DNA of 64,000 nt from Narcine bancroftii (Eukaryota), in NCBI RefSeq assembly GCF_036971445.1, contig NC_091477.1, positions 108,004,001 to 108,068,000 on the forward strand, given 5' to 3'. Positions 36,901-49,839 of this stretch are shown here, in pieces (position 1 is the stretch's first letter; the number at the start of each line of letters is the position of its first letter). The position numbers and the translations under genes were made by a program. A model generated the notes under the pieces. The model was given only the letters and a program-made list of their open reading frames with translations. It was not told the origin of the DNA and ran no database searches.

Positions 36901-37878
36901 ATCTGTATATTTGTAATTATAATGCTTCTCTGTGGACTACTGCAATGCTCTGGCAAAGCCTAGGTTTTAGAAAAGTAAATGCTTAAATCCTTGTCAATCA
37001 GTGGCATAAATGGGGAAAGAAAGTTGAAACAAATGCATGATTTGAAAAGTTGTTTTCTTTGGATTACTCCCAAGGTCTCTCAGTATATTTGATGCCAGTA
37101 CATTTATTTAATAAAGCCTCACCTCTTTGGATTAGATCAGTACAAGGACACCCTCTGCCATCTTGAGCAATGAACCATCTCTTTCCCAAGGTTTAACTTT
37201 CAATTTGGCCAAACATATCTGAGTCTCAGCACTGGTTGTTGATTTACCCCTTCTGCATTCAAGGTCACTATTTACTGAAACTAAAGATCTGTACTTTTTA
37301 TTGATGTAATCTGGCATAATCCCACAGTATACAAAACAGAATTAATGCTACCAGGAGATAAAACCTAGTTATTAACTTTGTGAATAAATTCACTATCTGG
37401 GTTTGCTCCTTTGGTTAACTCAAGTCTCTGATTTGGTGTTACAAAGTCAGGAATTGCTTTTTAATATAAAGACTTGGGGACAATAAGGATCATTTCTATG
37501 ATTCTGTGCATGCAGAGAAGGCAGCATGGTTAGAGCAACACAGTTATAGCTCCAGTGAATCCAGCAATGTCCCTAAGAAGTTTGTACATTCTCCCAGAGT
37601 CTAAATAGGCTTCCTCCAGGTGCTCATCTTTCCTGCCACCCTTCAATACGTACCGGGATTGTAGGTTGATTGGGTGTAATTGGGAGGCATGGGCTTGTGA
37701 GCCAGAAGGGCTATGCTATATATCTAACAAAAAAAAGTGCTTCTAGGGACAGGACTACACTATCAGCCTAAAAACTGGAAGCAGGAGAAACTTCCAATCT
37801 GGCTGTTCCTACTACCAAACCAGTGATATTCTTCTCTGAGAAAAAAAAATGCAAGTTCTAAGACACCACATTCAATAT

Positions 37879-40800
37879 TGTGGTAAACCATTGTTATAAT
37901 GTGATTGGCTACTTCCAGCTGGACACACCTCCTGAGACTGATCCTACCCATTACCCTTTGCATGTTCCCCACTCTTCTTGCTATAGTCAGTCGATGAAGT
38001 TGGATGTTGCTCCACTCTATAATCAATAAATTCTATCAGTTTCACAACCTCAGTCTTTTATGGGAATTGATGGTGCATCAATTTTATTGACTATATTTTT
38101 CAAAGAAAATGGAGCAATACCTAAAAGCAGAGACTCAACGTAGACCGTCAATCCTATGACTCCCTGAACATGTCTGGCTATGTTGCTTTGAGGACTTCCT
38201 GATAGTGACCACGAACATTGTTAACACAGACAAGGACAGACTGAAGCTCCTCTTCTCACAAGTCGGACCCTTGGCCTTCCCAATGATCAACGATGCTAAA
38301 TCATTTGTGGAGGCCAAGGGTTCACTGAAGGTCCAGTATTGCAGAAGGGTGGACAAGGTCTATGCATATCATCACCTGGCTACCAGGATGCAGTAACCTG
38401 GTGAGTCAAGCGCCAAGTACCTATGGGCCCTCATCAGTCTCAGACAGTGAGTCCATATTGGCCTCCATCACCCTGAATCAAGAGGGACAACACAAACTCA
38501 CAACCACGATGGATGTCCAGGCACGAAATAAACTGTTTGTTTGATAGCGAGATTCACCCCAATACCGATAAGTGCCTTCCCCTCAAAGTGCGGCCAGTCA
38601 GCCATAAGATATCACTCACATCCAAATCCCATACAGCAGACATCCACAGATCTTGTAGGATGATTTTGATTGTTGGAGGTACAATCTACAAACACTTCAG
38701 GCTCCTCGTCATGCCGCAACTCTGCATCCCCTTGATACTGGGGCTGGACTTCCAGTGTCAACTTAAGAGCATTACAATGGAATTCGATGGACCCCATCCC
38801 TCCCTCACTGTTTGCAATGAACAATTCCTAGATGGCCTTCTACACGTGACCTGTGCGGTTTCAACTCTCAAGGTCACCCCCCCCCCCCCCCCACTGTTCG
38901 CAAACCTCACCCCCGACTGCAAACTGGTCCAGTGGTTGTTGGGCAAAGGCATTATTGAATTTAGCAAAAGTCCCTGGAGAGCCAAGGTGGTCGTAGTAAA
39001 GAACAGGGTGAAAAATAGGATGATCATTGACTAGAGCCAGATCATCAACCTGTACAAGTAGCTCTATGCATACCCCCTCCCCCACATATCCAATATGCTT
39101 AACCAGATTGCACAATATCGGATATTCTTCGTGATCGACCTTAAGTCAGCCTATCCCCAGCTCTCGATCCACCCGGAGGACCCCCAGTGTACTTCATTCA
39201 AGACAGATGGCCATCTTTACCACATCCTCCAGGTCCCCTTTGGCATCACCAATGGGGTCTCCGTCTTCTAGCAGGAGATGGGGACTGCATGGTGGACCTC
39301 TATAACCTGCAGGCCTCTTTTCCATTTCTTGACAAGGTGACCATCTGTGGCCATGACCTTCAGGGCCACAAAGCTCCTGAACCTTACTTATAACAAGGAG
39401 AAACTAGCCATTCTCAGCTGCATGGTGGAAAACAGCATCACTGGTCCAAACCCTAACCGCATGTGCCTTCTACTGGAGCTACCCATTCCCTACACCCTCA
39501 GTGCCTTGAAGAGATACCTCAGTTTCTTCTCGTACTACACTCAATGGATCCCCAACTATGTGGGCAAAGCTCGCCCATTGGTCAAAGCCACCTCTTTCCC
39601 CCTGTCAGCAGAGGCTTGCTCAGCTTTTGGCCATATCAAGGATGACAACGCCAAAGCAGATGCATGTAATAAATGAATCCACACCTTTCCAGTGGGATAG
39701 TGATGTGTCTGACTTCGTCCTGGCTGCCACACTCAACCAAACAGGCAGACCCATCGCCTTCTTCTCAAACACACTCCAAGGCCCTGAAATCCGCCACTCC
39801 TCAGTTGAAAAGGAGCCCCAGGCCATCGTGGAGATGGAACGACACTGGAGACACTACCTCACTGGCAAACATTTCACCCTCCTCATGGACCAGCAGGCAG
39901 TCACAACCATGTTCAACAACAAGCAGAGGGGCAAAATCAAGAATGATAAAATCCTCAGTTGGAGAATTGAACTGTCTACCTATAACTATGATATTCTGTA
40001 CATGCCTGGGAAGTTGAACAAGCCCATGGATGCCCTCTCCCGCGGAACGCACCAGTATCCAAATGGTCAGATTGCAGACCTTCCACAATCTCTGCCCCTA
40101 TGGAGTGACTACAGTCATGAAGGCCCTCCGCAATATCTTGATGCTCTTTAGGTACCCCAACTTCATCCACAGTGACCGGGAGACCTCATTCATGAGTGAC
40201 GAGGTGCAGGAGTACCTGTTGGCCAGGGGGATTGCCATGAGCAAGACCACCAGCTACAATCCCAGAGAGAATGGGCAGGTGGAAAGGAAGAATGCCACAG
40301 TCTGGAAAACCATCCTCCTGGCCCTGATGTCATGGGCCCTCCTCTTCTCCCACTGGCAAGAGGTCCTCCCAGATGCGCTCCACTCCATATGGTCGCTCTT
40401 ATGTATGGTCACTAACAATACTAACAATGAACGTATGTTTGCCTTCCCTAGGAAGTCTTTGTCAGAGACTACACCGCCTGTCTAGCTGACCTCCCCAGGA
40501 CCGGTCCTCCTTTGGAAGCACGCCAGGCAACCTAAGATTGACCCACTGGTTGAGAGGGTCCACCTCCTCCATGTAAATCCCCAGTACGTCTACGTAGCCT
40601 TCCCCAATAGGCATGAGGACACAGTCCCCATCCTGGATTTGGCACCATTGGGCGCCCCTCCAACCATGATCAACCACCAATAGACTCTCCCCCCTGCCCC
40701 ACACTGACATCTTGGGAGTCCCTGAACCTTGTGCTGACCTCACTCCACCCTGGCAACTGTTGTCACCCTTGATGCACCAGCACCACACTACCTCCTCCTT

Positions 40801-41179
40801 TCACCTGCCCCTTCCCCCCCAGCAAACTAATTGATGATGGCAGACCAGCCACACAAGCTGCCCAGTGGAGACCCCCTGGTGAGGAGACTTGACCTGTAAA
40901 ATGTGTATATGTGTATATATCTGCTTTGTTTTTTACCTCTCACCCTGCAGGATTCTTATTAAAAAGGAAGGGTAAATGTGGTAAACCACTGTTCTACTGT
41001 GATTGTGATTGGCTACTGCTGGCTGGACATGCCTCCTGAGACCAATCCTATTCATTACCCCTTTGCACGCTCCCATTCTTCCTGCCATGATCAGTCCATG
41101 ACTGTTGCTACAGTCTATAGTCAATAAAAGTCTATCAGTTTCACAACCTCAGTCTTTTGTGGTAATTGATGGTGCATCA
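37879..41179 (+). mobile_element. Internally deleted Gypsy LTR retrotransposon with both LTRs (37879-38080 and 40977-41179)
   Basis: LTRs run TGTGGTAAACCA...TGGTGCATCA. TSD AATAT/AATAC. Polypurine tract AAAAAGGAAGGG at 40961-40972. Remnants of gag, protease (CLFDS), RT (SPWRAKVVVVK, IDLKSAY), RNase H (SDVSDFVLAATLNQTGRPIAFFS...EKE) and integrase (IHSDRETSFMS...YNPRENGQVER) in the usual order. Confidence 0.95.
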
Positions 41180-41544
41180 AATACTTAATCATATCTTGCC
41201 TTCCTTGACACAAACAGATATTGTGTACAATTAGAAACATGCTACCAAAATTGTAAGCCTGTTGAACAATTCAACTGGCAAGATTATCCCCAATAAAAAA
41301 AAAAACAACTGGATTTCCACTGTCCTATTCCACTTGCCCAGGGACTGCACACCATTTGTGTGTCCACAATGATACCAAGGCCAAAAAAGCAGTTCATTTC
41401 TCCAGCCATAAGGCACAGGTATGGTTAAATTCGATAATGCAGAAGTAGAAAGGCTAACGTGTAACTACAATTAACTTAACAGTATTTAGTGGTAAAGATA
41501 ATAGAGTCTTCTTCTAAGACCAGTTAAAAAATAAGATATATAAT

Positions 41545-41779
41545 TGATGCACGATCAGTTACTCAAAGACTGAAATTAGTGGAACTGAAGGCTTTTATTA
41601 GCAAGAGATGGACAGCATCCCTTGCGTTGCTGGCTCTCCCCGACCCGGACTCAAACTGGGGGTAGGCTTGTGGTACGACGACCTTTATGGGGGATAAAGG
41701 GGAGGAGTCACGAGTCAGCCAGTGAGAGCAGGGTCAAACATTAAAGGTCATATCATATACATATACAGTAGTGGTTTCA
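41545..41779 (-). mobile_element. Solo LTR, same family as 11311-11565
   Basis: Colinear similarity to 11311-11565 (tgatgcacgatca..caaagactgaa..gatggacagcatccc..ggaggagtcacgag..gtggtttca). Confidence 0.8.
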
Positions 41780-42445
41780 AATGAATTCTCAATTGGATCT
41801 TGCTAGAGCTGACTACCATTTTTCAGGAGGTAACAGACAGCGATGAAATTGCTGATGTTAGTGCAGTGAATAATGGAAAAATAGGAAGAATTAATCTGTT
41901 ATCTGTTGCTTTTCCTCATTTTACTTTTTTGTGTTTTTAGACCTCACTTTAAGCTGTTTATTGAAATCAATGTGGTCTCCAATTATCTTCCAAATCTAAC
42001 TTTGCACATTAATTTCAATAAATAGTTCAAAGTCCTACCTAAAGACACTAAAAACACTTTCAGTTGTTCTTATCTTTACCTTGAAAGCTTAAGATGATAG
42101 GTGACTGCCAATCAAGCAGAGTACTTTTTCTTCAATGGATGTCAAACTTCTTAAGTCTCATCCAAGAAATTGAAGAGTATTCCATCAAACTCCTGACTTG
42201 TGCCTTGTAAATGATGCTAAAGCTTTGAGATGTCAGGTGGTGAATTACTTGCAAGAGGATAACTGGTCTTGCAGCTGAAGTATTTAATAGAACATAGTGC
42301 AGAACAATAACACAGCCTTCATCCCACCATATCTGTGCTACCATGAGGCTAATCGAATTAGTCTCATCTGCCAGCACATGGCCAGAATCTGTTCTCTACC
42401 TACTCATGTGTCTGATAGAATAGCCCCTAATATTTGCTATCATAT

Positions 42446-43554
42446 TTATCATTTGAAAAAATGAAGTACAAATATGGAATAACTCATGGTACAATGTTTG
42501 CATACCACCAACTGAAAACCTACTTAAAGGACAAATTGGGAAGCAGACTGAGGTTACCAGAAAGAAGCAGCTTTGAATATGTGATTACAGAAACAACGAT
42601 AATTAAAAGATTTATAACAAACATGTACATCAAGCTGCAAGAGAAAGAAAATGATGAAATAAGCTATAAACCCAAACAAAAGTAGGAAAAAGATTTGAAC
42701 ATAAAGATAAAAAATGAAGCATGGGAAAAGTTATGCTCTGGAACTATGAAAAATATAATAAATACGAGGTTACGTATGATACAATATAATTGGTTACACA
42801 AGTTATATATCACACCCCAAAAGTTAAATAAATGGGATCCAACATTATCAGATAGATGTTTTCGCTGTAAGAAGGGAACAGGAACAACAGTACATGCAAT
42901 TTGGGCATGTGAGAAAGTGAAAAAGTTTTGGGAAGATCTAAATCAGATATTAAATAAAATCACAAAAAGCAACATACCAAAGAATCCAGAGATCTTTCTT
43001 CTAAGTAATATAAGAAGTAAAGAATTAGGCCTCAAACTGGATGAAGTGCAAAAAAGATTTATTATGATAGCCTTAGCTGTAGCAAAAAAATGTATAATGT
43101 CAACTTGGAAATCAGAAGAGAGCCTGAGAGTACAGCAATGGTACATGGAAATGAATAAATTATTCCATTGGAAAAAAATAACATATAATTTAAAAAATAA
43201 AGTCACAGTATTCAAACAAATTTGGGAACCGTACATAGAACATAACAGAGAGGGCTTGCCTCGGACCTCCACCCCCTAAAATGATAAAATGAGAATAAGA
43301 CAAAATGACCTGATCCAGTGTGTAAAAGTAGATGACACAATTTTCTTGTTTATCTTCATTGTGTGATGACATTGTTTAATGGTTTATTGTATTGTATATG
43401 TTGAACGTTTAATGGGTTTGGAGGGGGTTGGGAAGAAGGGAGGGAAGGAAGGGGGAGAAAAGGGGAGAAAATGCCACTGTGTATATTCAAGAGGGAAATG
43501 TTTGTTTGTATTTTGATTAATATGGTTCATAGTGTGAAAAATAAAAAATTTTAA
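42446..43554 (+). mobile_element. 5'-truncated L1-clade LINE
   Basis: ORFs 42434-42685 and 42695-43279 with an intact CCHC (CFRC...H.IWAC). 14-bp TSD ATTTGCTATCATAT (42432-42445 and 43555-43568). Confidence 0.92.
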
Positions 43555-44939
43555 ATTTGCTATCATATCTGTTTGGACCAACTCCCCATGAGAAGAAGAA
43601 GCATGGTACCTAGGTCATTGGGTAAATAATCCACAGCCTGGTCTAATGGTCAAGATTCAAATCCCACCATTGGTTAGGGAATTTAAATTCCAGACACCCA
43701 CTCTATGTAAAACACCAACCTAGTAAACCTCCTTGAAAGTTTCTCCACTTTCACCTGAAGTCTATGTGCTCTAGTATTTGACATTTCCACCCTGGGAAAT
43801 GTAGATAGGGTCTGATTATCTACCATCCCTAAGCCCCTCATATAATGCTTTTGTGAGTTAACATCCATCGACTATCCTCGAACTCATTATCAGAAGCAAC
43901 TGAAGATTATTTGGTCTCGGAACACCCCTGTGGAACTACTGTGGCCATTGTCTTCGTGACAATGGGATGACTGATTTTTAATAACCACAACATGTTAATT
44001 TCCTCATGTTTGGACCAAGGGTTTTATAAGATCTGGAGGTGAGTGATCCCAGAAAAAATCCATATTGTCCATTGATGAGCCCATCGTTAATGAGCAAATG
44101 CTGCCTGATGTCATTGTTGACGACATCTTCAGTGACTCTGTTCTTGATTGAGAGTTGACCAATGGAATAGCAATTAGCCAGAATGAGTTCAATTTCTTTT
44201 AATAGAGAGGGTCAGCATGGTGACAGGCCATTTCTGCCAACAAGCCGGTACTACCCAATTACACACATGTAATCCTACTCACCCGTTCATTTTTGGAACA
44301 TGGGAGGAAACCGGAGGACCCACACAGACACAGGGAGAATGTATAAACCCCTTACAGCAGCAGATTTGAATCCATGTCTCTGATGCTGGAATAGGAACAG
44401 AAACCTTGCCACCTGAAGTTGTGTTGAAATGACTGGGCAATCTTCTCAGTTCTAGTTTGTAGATGTGCTGGAGCTGCTTGGCTGGAGGCATAGCCAGTTC
44501 TGGAGCCTTAAATCGTATCTTTTCTTCTTGGGATGTCATAAAGTCAGTTTCTGTTTTACTTTTTCTCTTTGTAAATACAGCAAGCCGTGAATTTTGACAG
44601 CTATTGATTAGCCTGGATGTTATTCCTTATTTGTCTCGTGTAAATTAATTATTTTGACATCAAAATGAAAATAACTAAGCTTATTCACTTCTAATTTATT
44701 GAAACAAAGTCACCATTTTTCATGAACCTAAGTTCAATAAAGTCAGAATGATCTGTTGAGTGAAAATAGCCACTCTGTAGTTTCAAACAGTGGCCACCAG
44801 AGGGTGGTCTTATCCCACTACAGCAATCCAATGAAAGTCTAGTCTCAATTCCCATCATCAGCCCAGTTATAGTACATACTGATATGAAATACAAATACCT
44901 TTTAGTATCAGTATTGGTTGTTGGGTAGTATTAATAGTA

Positions 44940-45490
44940 CAGATGTGTAGTGCGTAGTGGAAAATGTGCTGACCAGCTGCATCATGGTCTGGTATGGGAA
45001 CACCAATACCTCTGAGCAGAAAGCCCTGAAAAAGGTAGTGGATACAGCCCAGGACATCACAGGTAAAACTCTCCCCAACATCGAGAACATCTACAGGTAA
45101 CGCTGATGTCGGAGAGCAGCAGCAATCATCAAGGATCCACACCACCCAGAACATGGTCTGTTCTTGCTGCTGCCATCAGGAAAGAGGTCTAGGTGCTCCA
45201 AGACTCATAGCACCAGGTTCAAGAACAGTTGCTATTCCCCCACCATCAGACTCCTAAAGGAAATTCATTTCAGGACTCTTACTTTGCGCATTATTTATTA
45301 CTGCATTTTTTTTTTGCCTGTATTGCAGTTGATTTGTTTACATTTCTCTCTTTATTATAAATATCTTTTCTTGAATACAGTTTATTGTGCAAATGTTAAA
45401 TAGAAATTCTGCCTGGCCTGCAGGAAAAAGAATCTCAGGGCTGTATGTGATGTCATGCATGTCCTCTGACAATAAATCAGAACTTTGAAC
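44940..45490 (+). mobile_element. Rex1/Babar-type LINE 3' fragment
   Basis: VENVLTSCIMVWYGNT...KALKKVVDTAQDITGKTLPNIE...LLPSGKRSRCSKTHSTRFKNSCYSPTIRLL. Confidence 0.8.
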
Positions 45491-46059
45491 TTTCGTAATA
45501 TGTTAATTGGTTATTAGGTAATATTGGTTATTCAATATATTAGGTAAATATGCGTTAGGAAGCAGCAATTTCCACTTCAAACTCTAGTACAGTAGTCCAG
45601 TATTATTTTAGCATAATGGTCATGTTACTGCACCAGCAACAAATTTCTGGACCATTACTTCAGAAAAATTTGAATCCTACCACAATAGCTGGGGAATGTA
45701 ATTTCATATAAATGAATAAATATAGAGTTTAAAAGAGTTTAAAAGAATAAGCATGATGCCAGCAGATAGGCATTAAAAAAACATCTGGCTTACTAATGTC
45801 CCACTAGGAAGAAAATGTACCATTCTTATCCCATCCATCCTGATGAGATGCTGGACTCAAAACATTTGTTAGTTCTTAATTGTTGTCTCCATTCCTAAGA
45901 GATTTGAGATTGGCGCTGAAGATTGGACATCCAGATCCCATGAATAAATAATAAAAAACTTCAGCATGAATTCTGTCCTGCTAAAATATGAAATTAACTT
46001 CAATATATCAGGCAAAAATAAATAACGAAAGTTGCTATCTTGAGTGAAACATGAATGTC

Positions 46060-46445
46060 TGCAGACACTGTGATTGTAGTAAAAACACACAAAAATGCTG
46101 AAGAAACTCAACTGGGCTCGCAGCCTCCATTGGAGGTAAAGATAAATATTACCAACATTTCAGGCCTGAGCCCTTCTTCAAGGAATAAACAAAGAGCAAG
46201 AAGATTGTCCGGGGGTGGATCCCAGGCCAACAAAAGGGGTTAATTGGATATGATAAGAGGAGAGGTGAGAATTGATTTCCCTTTTCCCTCTGTGAAAGGA
46301 GTCCAAGGGAAAAGGAAAAAGAGAGACAGACAGACAGACACAAAGCTGGGGGAAAGAAGAAGGGGAGGGGAGGTTTTAGGGAAGCCGGAGAAGTCGATGT
46401 TAATGCCATTGGGTTGAAGGGTGCCCAGCCGGAAGATGAGGTGTT
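46060..46445 (-). mobile_element. Penelope-like element 3' end (GIY-YIG endonuclease C-terminus and terminal repeat)
   Basis: The reverse strand reads HLIFRLGTLQPNGINIDFSGF (46381-46443), then a pyrimidine tract and a hammerhead-like motif at 46151-46183. Confidence 0.8.
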
Positions 46446-48719
46446 ATATTATCTTATCTTGTTTGATCCACATAGGACTCTTGCCCCACAGTAATGAACA
46501 ATTTAATTTCCAGGTTAATTGGCCATAACTAAAAAGTCGTCAATGTTGTCCATAGTCTTAGTGAAAACTAATATAAATGTTGATTTTTGATTATTGCTTT
46601 ACTGCTAATAAGACTATTTAAATGGTTGCATCTTTTTCTCTTTTAACACTCAATACCAGCAGCAAGGCAGTTTTCAATTCAGAATAGCCAATGTACTGAT
46701 TGAATGGCTCTGTCCCTTGTGGCAAGCATCAAGGGCAAAGCCACATTAAAATACCAGTATCCAGTCTGACACACAGGAAGAGATTGGGTGCCTGGAAAAG
46801 ATCCAAAGTAATGATTTCTAATCTTCAGTCTCTTAACAGATTACATTAATTTTAAAAATTTGAGCTTTCTTCACAGAAGCAGTAAAGACTTCAAAGTGTG
46901 ATGCGATAGTTTAAAATTATGGGAAAAAAAGATCTTCCGGTTACTGTTATTTGAATTGTGAGGACAGTGGACAGGGGTTAGATGCCAGGAATTATTTCTC
47001 TTCACAGAGTCCCCGACCTCTAGAATAGATAACAACAAGGATAAAAATCACTTCAGATCCCAAAACAGATGCTGTCTGTTTTCTTGAGAAATGAGGAAAC
47101 TTCATGTAATTAAAAAGTTGATGAAAGACCATTGTAATTGTTGAGGAACGTTCCTGCAGATTTCTCGATTCTCTTCACAGGTCAGTAAGGAATTTTCCAG
47201 AGGTTTTTCCAAGTCTGAGTTTCATTCTGACTTATTTTATGATTTCTTCAGTCTGGAATGTTTCATGGTTCACAAAAACTTCACCTTTACAGGATAGAAT
47301 GATCTTGATGGGTAAATTGACCTGCTTACTCATTTGTTCCCGTTGGCTCTTTTTAAAATTAATAATATTATGACAATCTGCAAATATCAGTGCATCATTT
47401 TATGTTATGGCCCCACAACTACTTGAAAATAGATATGGGAGAACCCTAATTAATTTTAGCATCAGACACACTCAATGAGAGAAATAGCTCTCATCCTACC
47501 ATTACATGTTAGATACAAACTAGGTCACAAAGCCAGAGTACAATTTTTTTTTTAATTACGTAGACTGAATGCCTCAAAGTCATTCTGCAAAATGTCACTA
47601 ATAATTTAATCTAATGTTTCTCTCAGTTGGAGAGAAGTAACAAAATCTGGGGTTTTTTTTAATTTCAAGAAACGTATTAAAAATAGATGTAATTTCTCAT
47701 TCTTTGGGAATTGCATTTCCTTTTTCCCCAACAAAGCCTTTAATAAAATTTTCAAATATTCTGCGTATGTAGATTAAAAATAACTAAGATAACATCAAAT
47801 TAAGCCACAAAGTATGATCATTTTTGAAGATAATATTTTGTAATAGTTTAACGATTAACTTGTATAGTGCAGAGGAAAACCTCATCTATTGGAGCCCTGG
47901 CCTTATTTATTGCTATGCCTTCAGACTTTGGAAAGAATAAAAGCACTAGTTAACGACTCAGAATCCCATACAGAAGTGTGATCTGTCCAAATTCAAACAA
48001 AGCTGGATCATGACCTCGAAATATTTCCTTGTGAGGGTGTAAAATGAATAATACACAGCAATGTTTGCTTCCGAAATATTATGTCTGAAGTTGACCTGAA
48101 TAATAGAATGAATTGCTAAAGATACACAAAGATCTGGAAGAATGCAGATCACAAGTCAAAGATGGTGGGTCATCATAGATGGGACTGATTGGGTCAGAAC
48201 TGATGATGGCTGGCAGAAGGAACTGAGGATTTAAAGGTTGGGCATGAGCATTAGGAGCAGGGGATTAGGATTAACTTGGTGGGAGCAGATTAGATCCTGA
48301 CCTGTGGGTGGGGTCACCATTCAACTAAAACTGGATGGTGGGACGACTGAAGCAAATCAGTTGCAAGAGTGATCAGGAGGACAAAATGCCTGATGCAGGT
48401 ACAGCTGGGAAAATGTATATTTTTATCCAATAAGTAATTAAAATCTATTACTCTTTTATCTTGGCAACTTTGGTTATACAAAGGGAAAACATGCCCACTG
48501 CCCTCCAACTGAAGATCAATTGACAGGTTTCTGAAGAAAATTCTAAAATTAATTATGGCCAATACATACTGTAGAAGAAATGAAATACATGCAGAGAAGT
48601 TATAACATGAAAATAGGGCATTAAGCACAAGTCTGAACAGCTCCTTCAAACACTCATAAACAATCTGTTCTCAGAGCTTATTCTCTACCTATTCAATTCT
48701 TTCTTGAATTTTTAAAATT

Positions 48720-48965
48720 TATTTTTTAGTTTAGACATACAGAACAACAACAAGCCCTGCTGACCCATGAGACTGCGTGGCCCAAATATTTCAATTAATC
48801 TTCAACTCCCAGGACGTTTTGAATGGCGGGAGGAAACTGGAGCACCAGGAGAAAACCCACACGGACACTGGGAGAACATACAAACTCCTTACAGGCTGCA
48901 CCAGATTTGAACCCGGATCGCTGGAGCTGTAATAGCGTTCCACTAACCTCTATGCTAACCATGCT
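48720..48965 (-). mobile_element. V-domain-type SINE
   Basis: Reverse complement of the SINE core (gggaggaaactggagcacc...gggagaacatacaaactccttacag). Confidence 0.8.
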
Positions 48966-49839
48966 GCTTGTCACATATTTTGCTTAGCTGCTAACTCGGG
49001 AAATAAATGCCCACTCTTACAGAATTATATCCTATTCCCATGGGAGAGTTAATTTGTTGACTACGTAGAGTTGATAGACAAACAGGGCAATGTGAGATAT
49101 AATAGAATTTTCCAAAAGCTCAGGTTGTGAATGGAAACATTTAGGTTCTTGTTCAAGTTGTGAGGTGTATTTGCCAACTCATTGCATGGAATAATTTACA
49201 AAATACATAAAAGCTCCGTGTTGGGTTTAATCTTGCATTGTGATGCAAGATTTGAATTATGGAATTGCACCCAATGACATCAAAAGAAAATTCAACCGAG
49301 TGTAAAACAGACTGATAACTTACCATTATCCAACGGACATCATCACCTAAGGCAAATTTCATCCCATTAGAATTACACAATTTAACCATTATGTTTCCCT
49401 GAATTAAAAACACAGCAGGCCTAACTGTTCAGTAATAACCATGCCAAGTTGGATGCACAGTCAGCACCTGCCAGAAGGAACACTAAGAACATTTGTGATT
49501 CTGTCCTTGATGTGAACATCCTTGACTCTTTATCACAGTATTCTATCTTGTCCAACCATGCTGTGTGTCTGTGTCCAATAAGAAGGCAGAATGCCCAATG
49601 GAAAGTAACAAGACCTCGAGCGTTGAAATTCTAAAACTTTGCAGAGAGGAGCTTCAGTTTCACAACCTCATCTTCTGCATTTGCGAAGGAAAGGATATGT
49701 CTGAAGACCTGAAAGTTACTCTATTCATAACTACCTTCAGAATAAGAGCCTGGCTAATTGTGATAGCTACAGTGCAAACCGTTCTTGAAAATGCTTGACA
49801 CCCATGGCCACTCTTGAGAATCCTTGGCCCATGACTACT

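Noticed and set aside
37132-37317. ORF with DYINK and C.AKLKVKPWE, superficially cystatin-like
   Set aside because: Cys spacing and exon size do not fit the fetuin exons, and an in-frame stop precedes the nearest donor. Probably chance.
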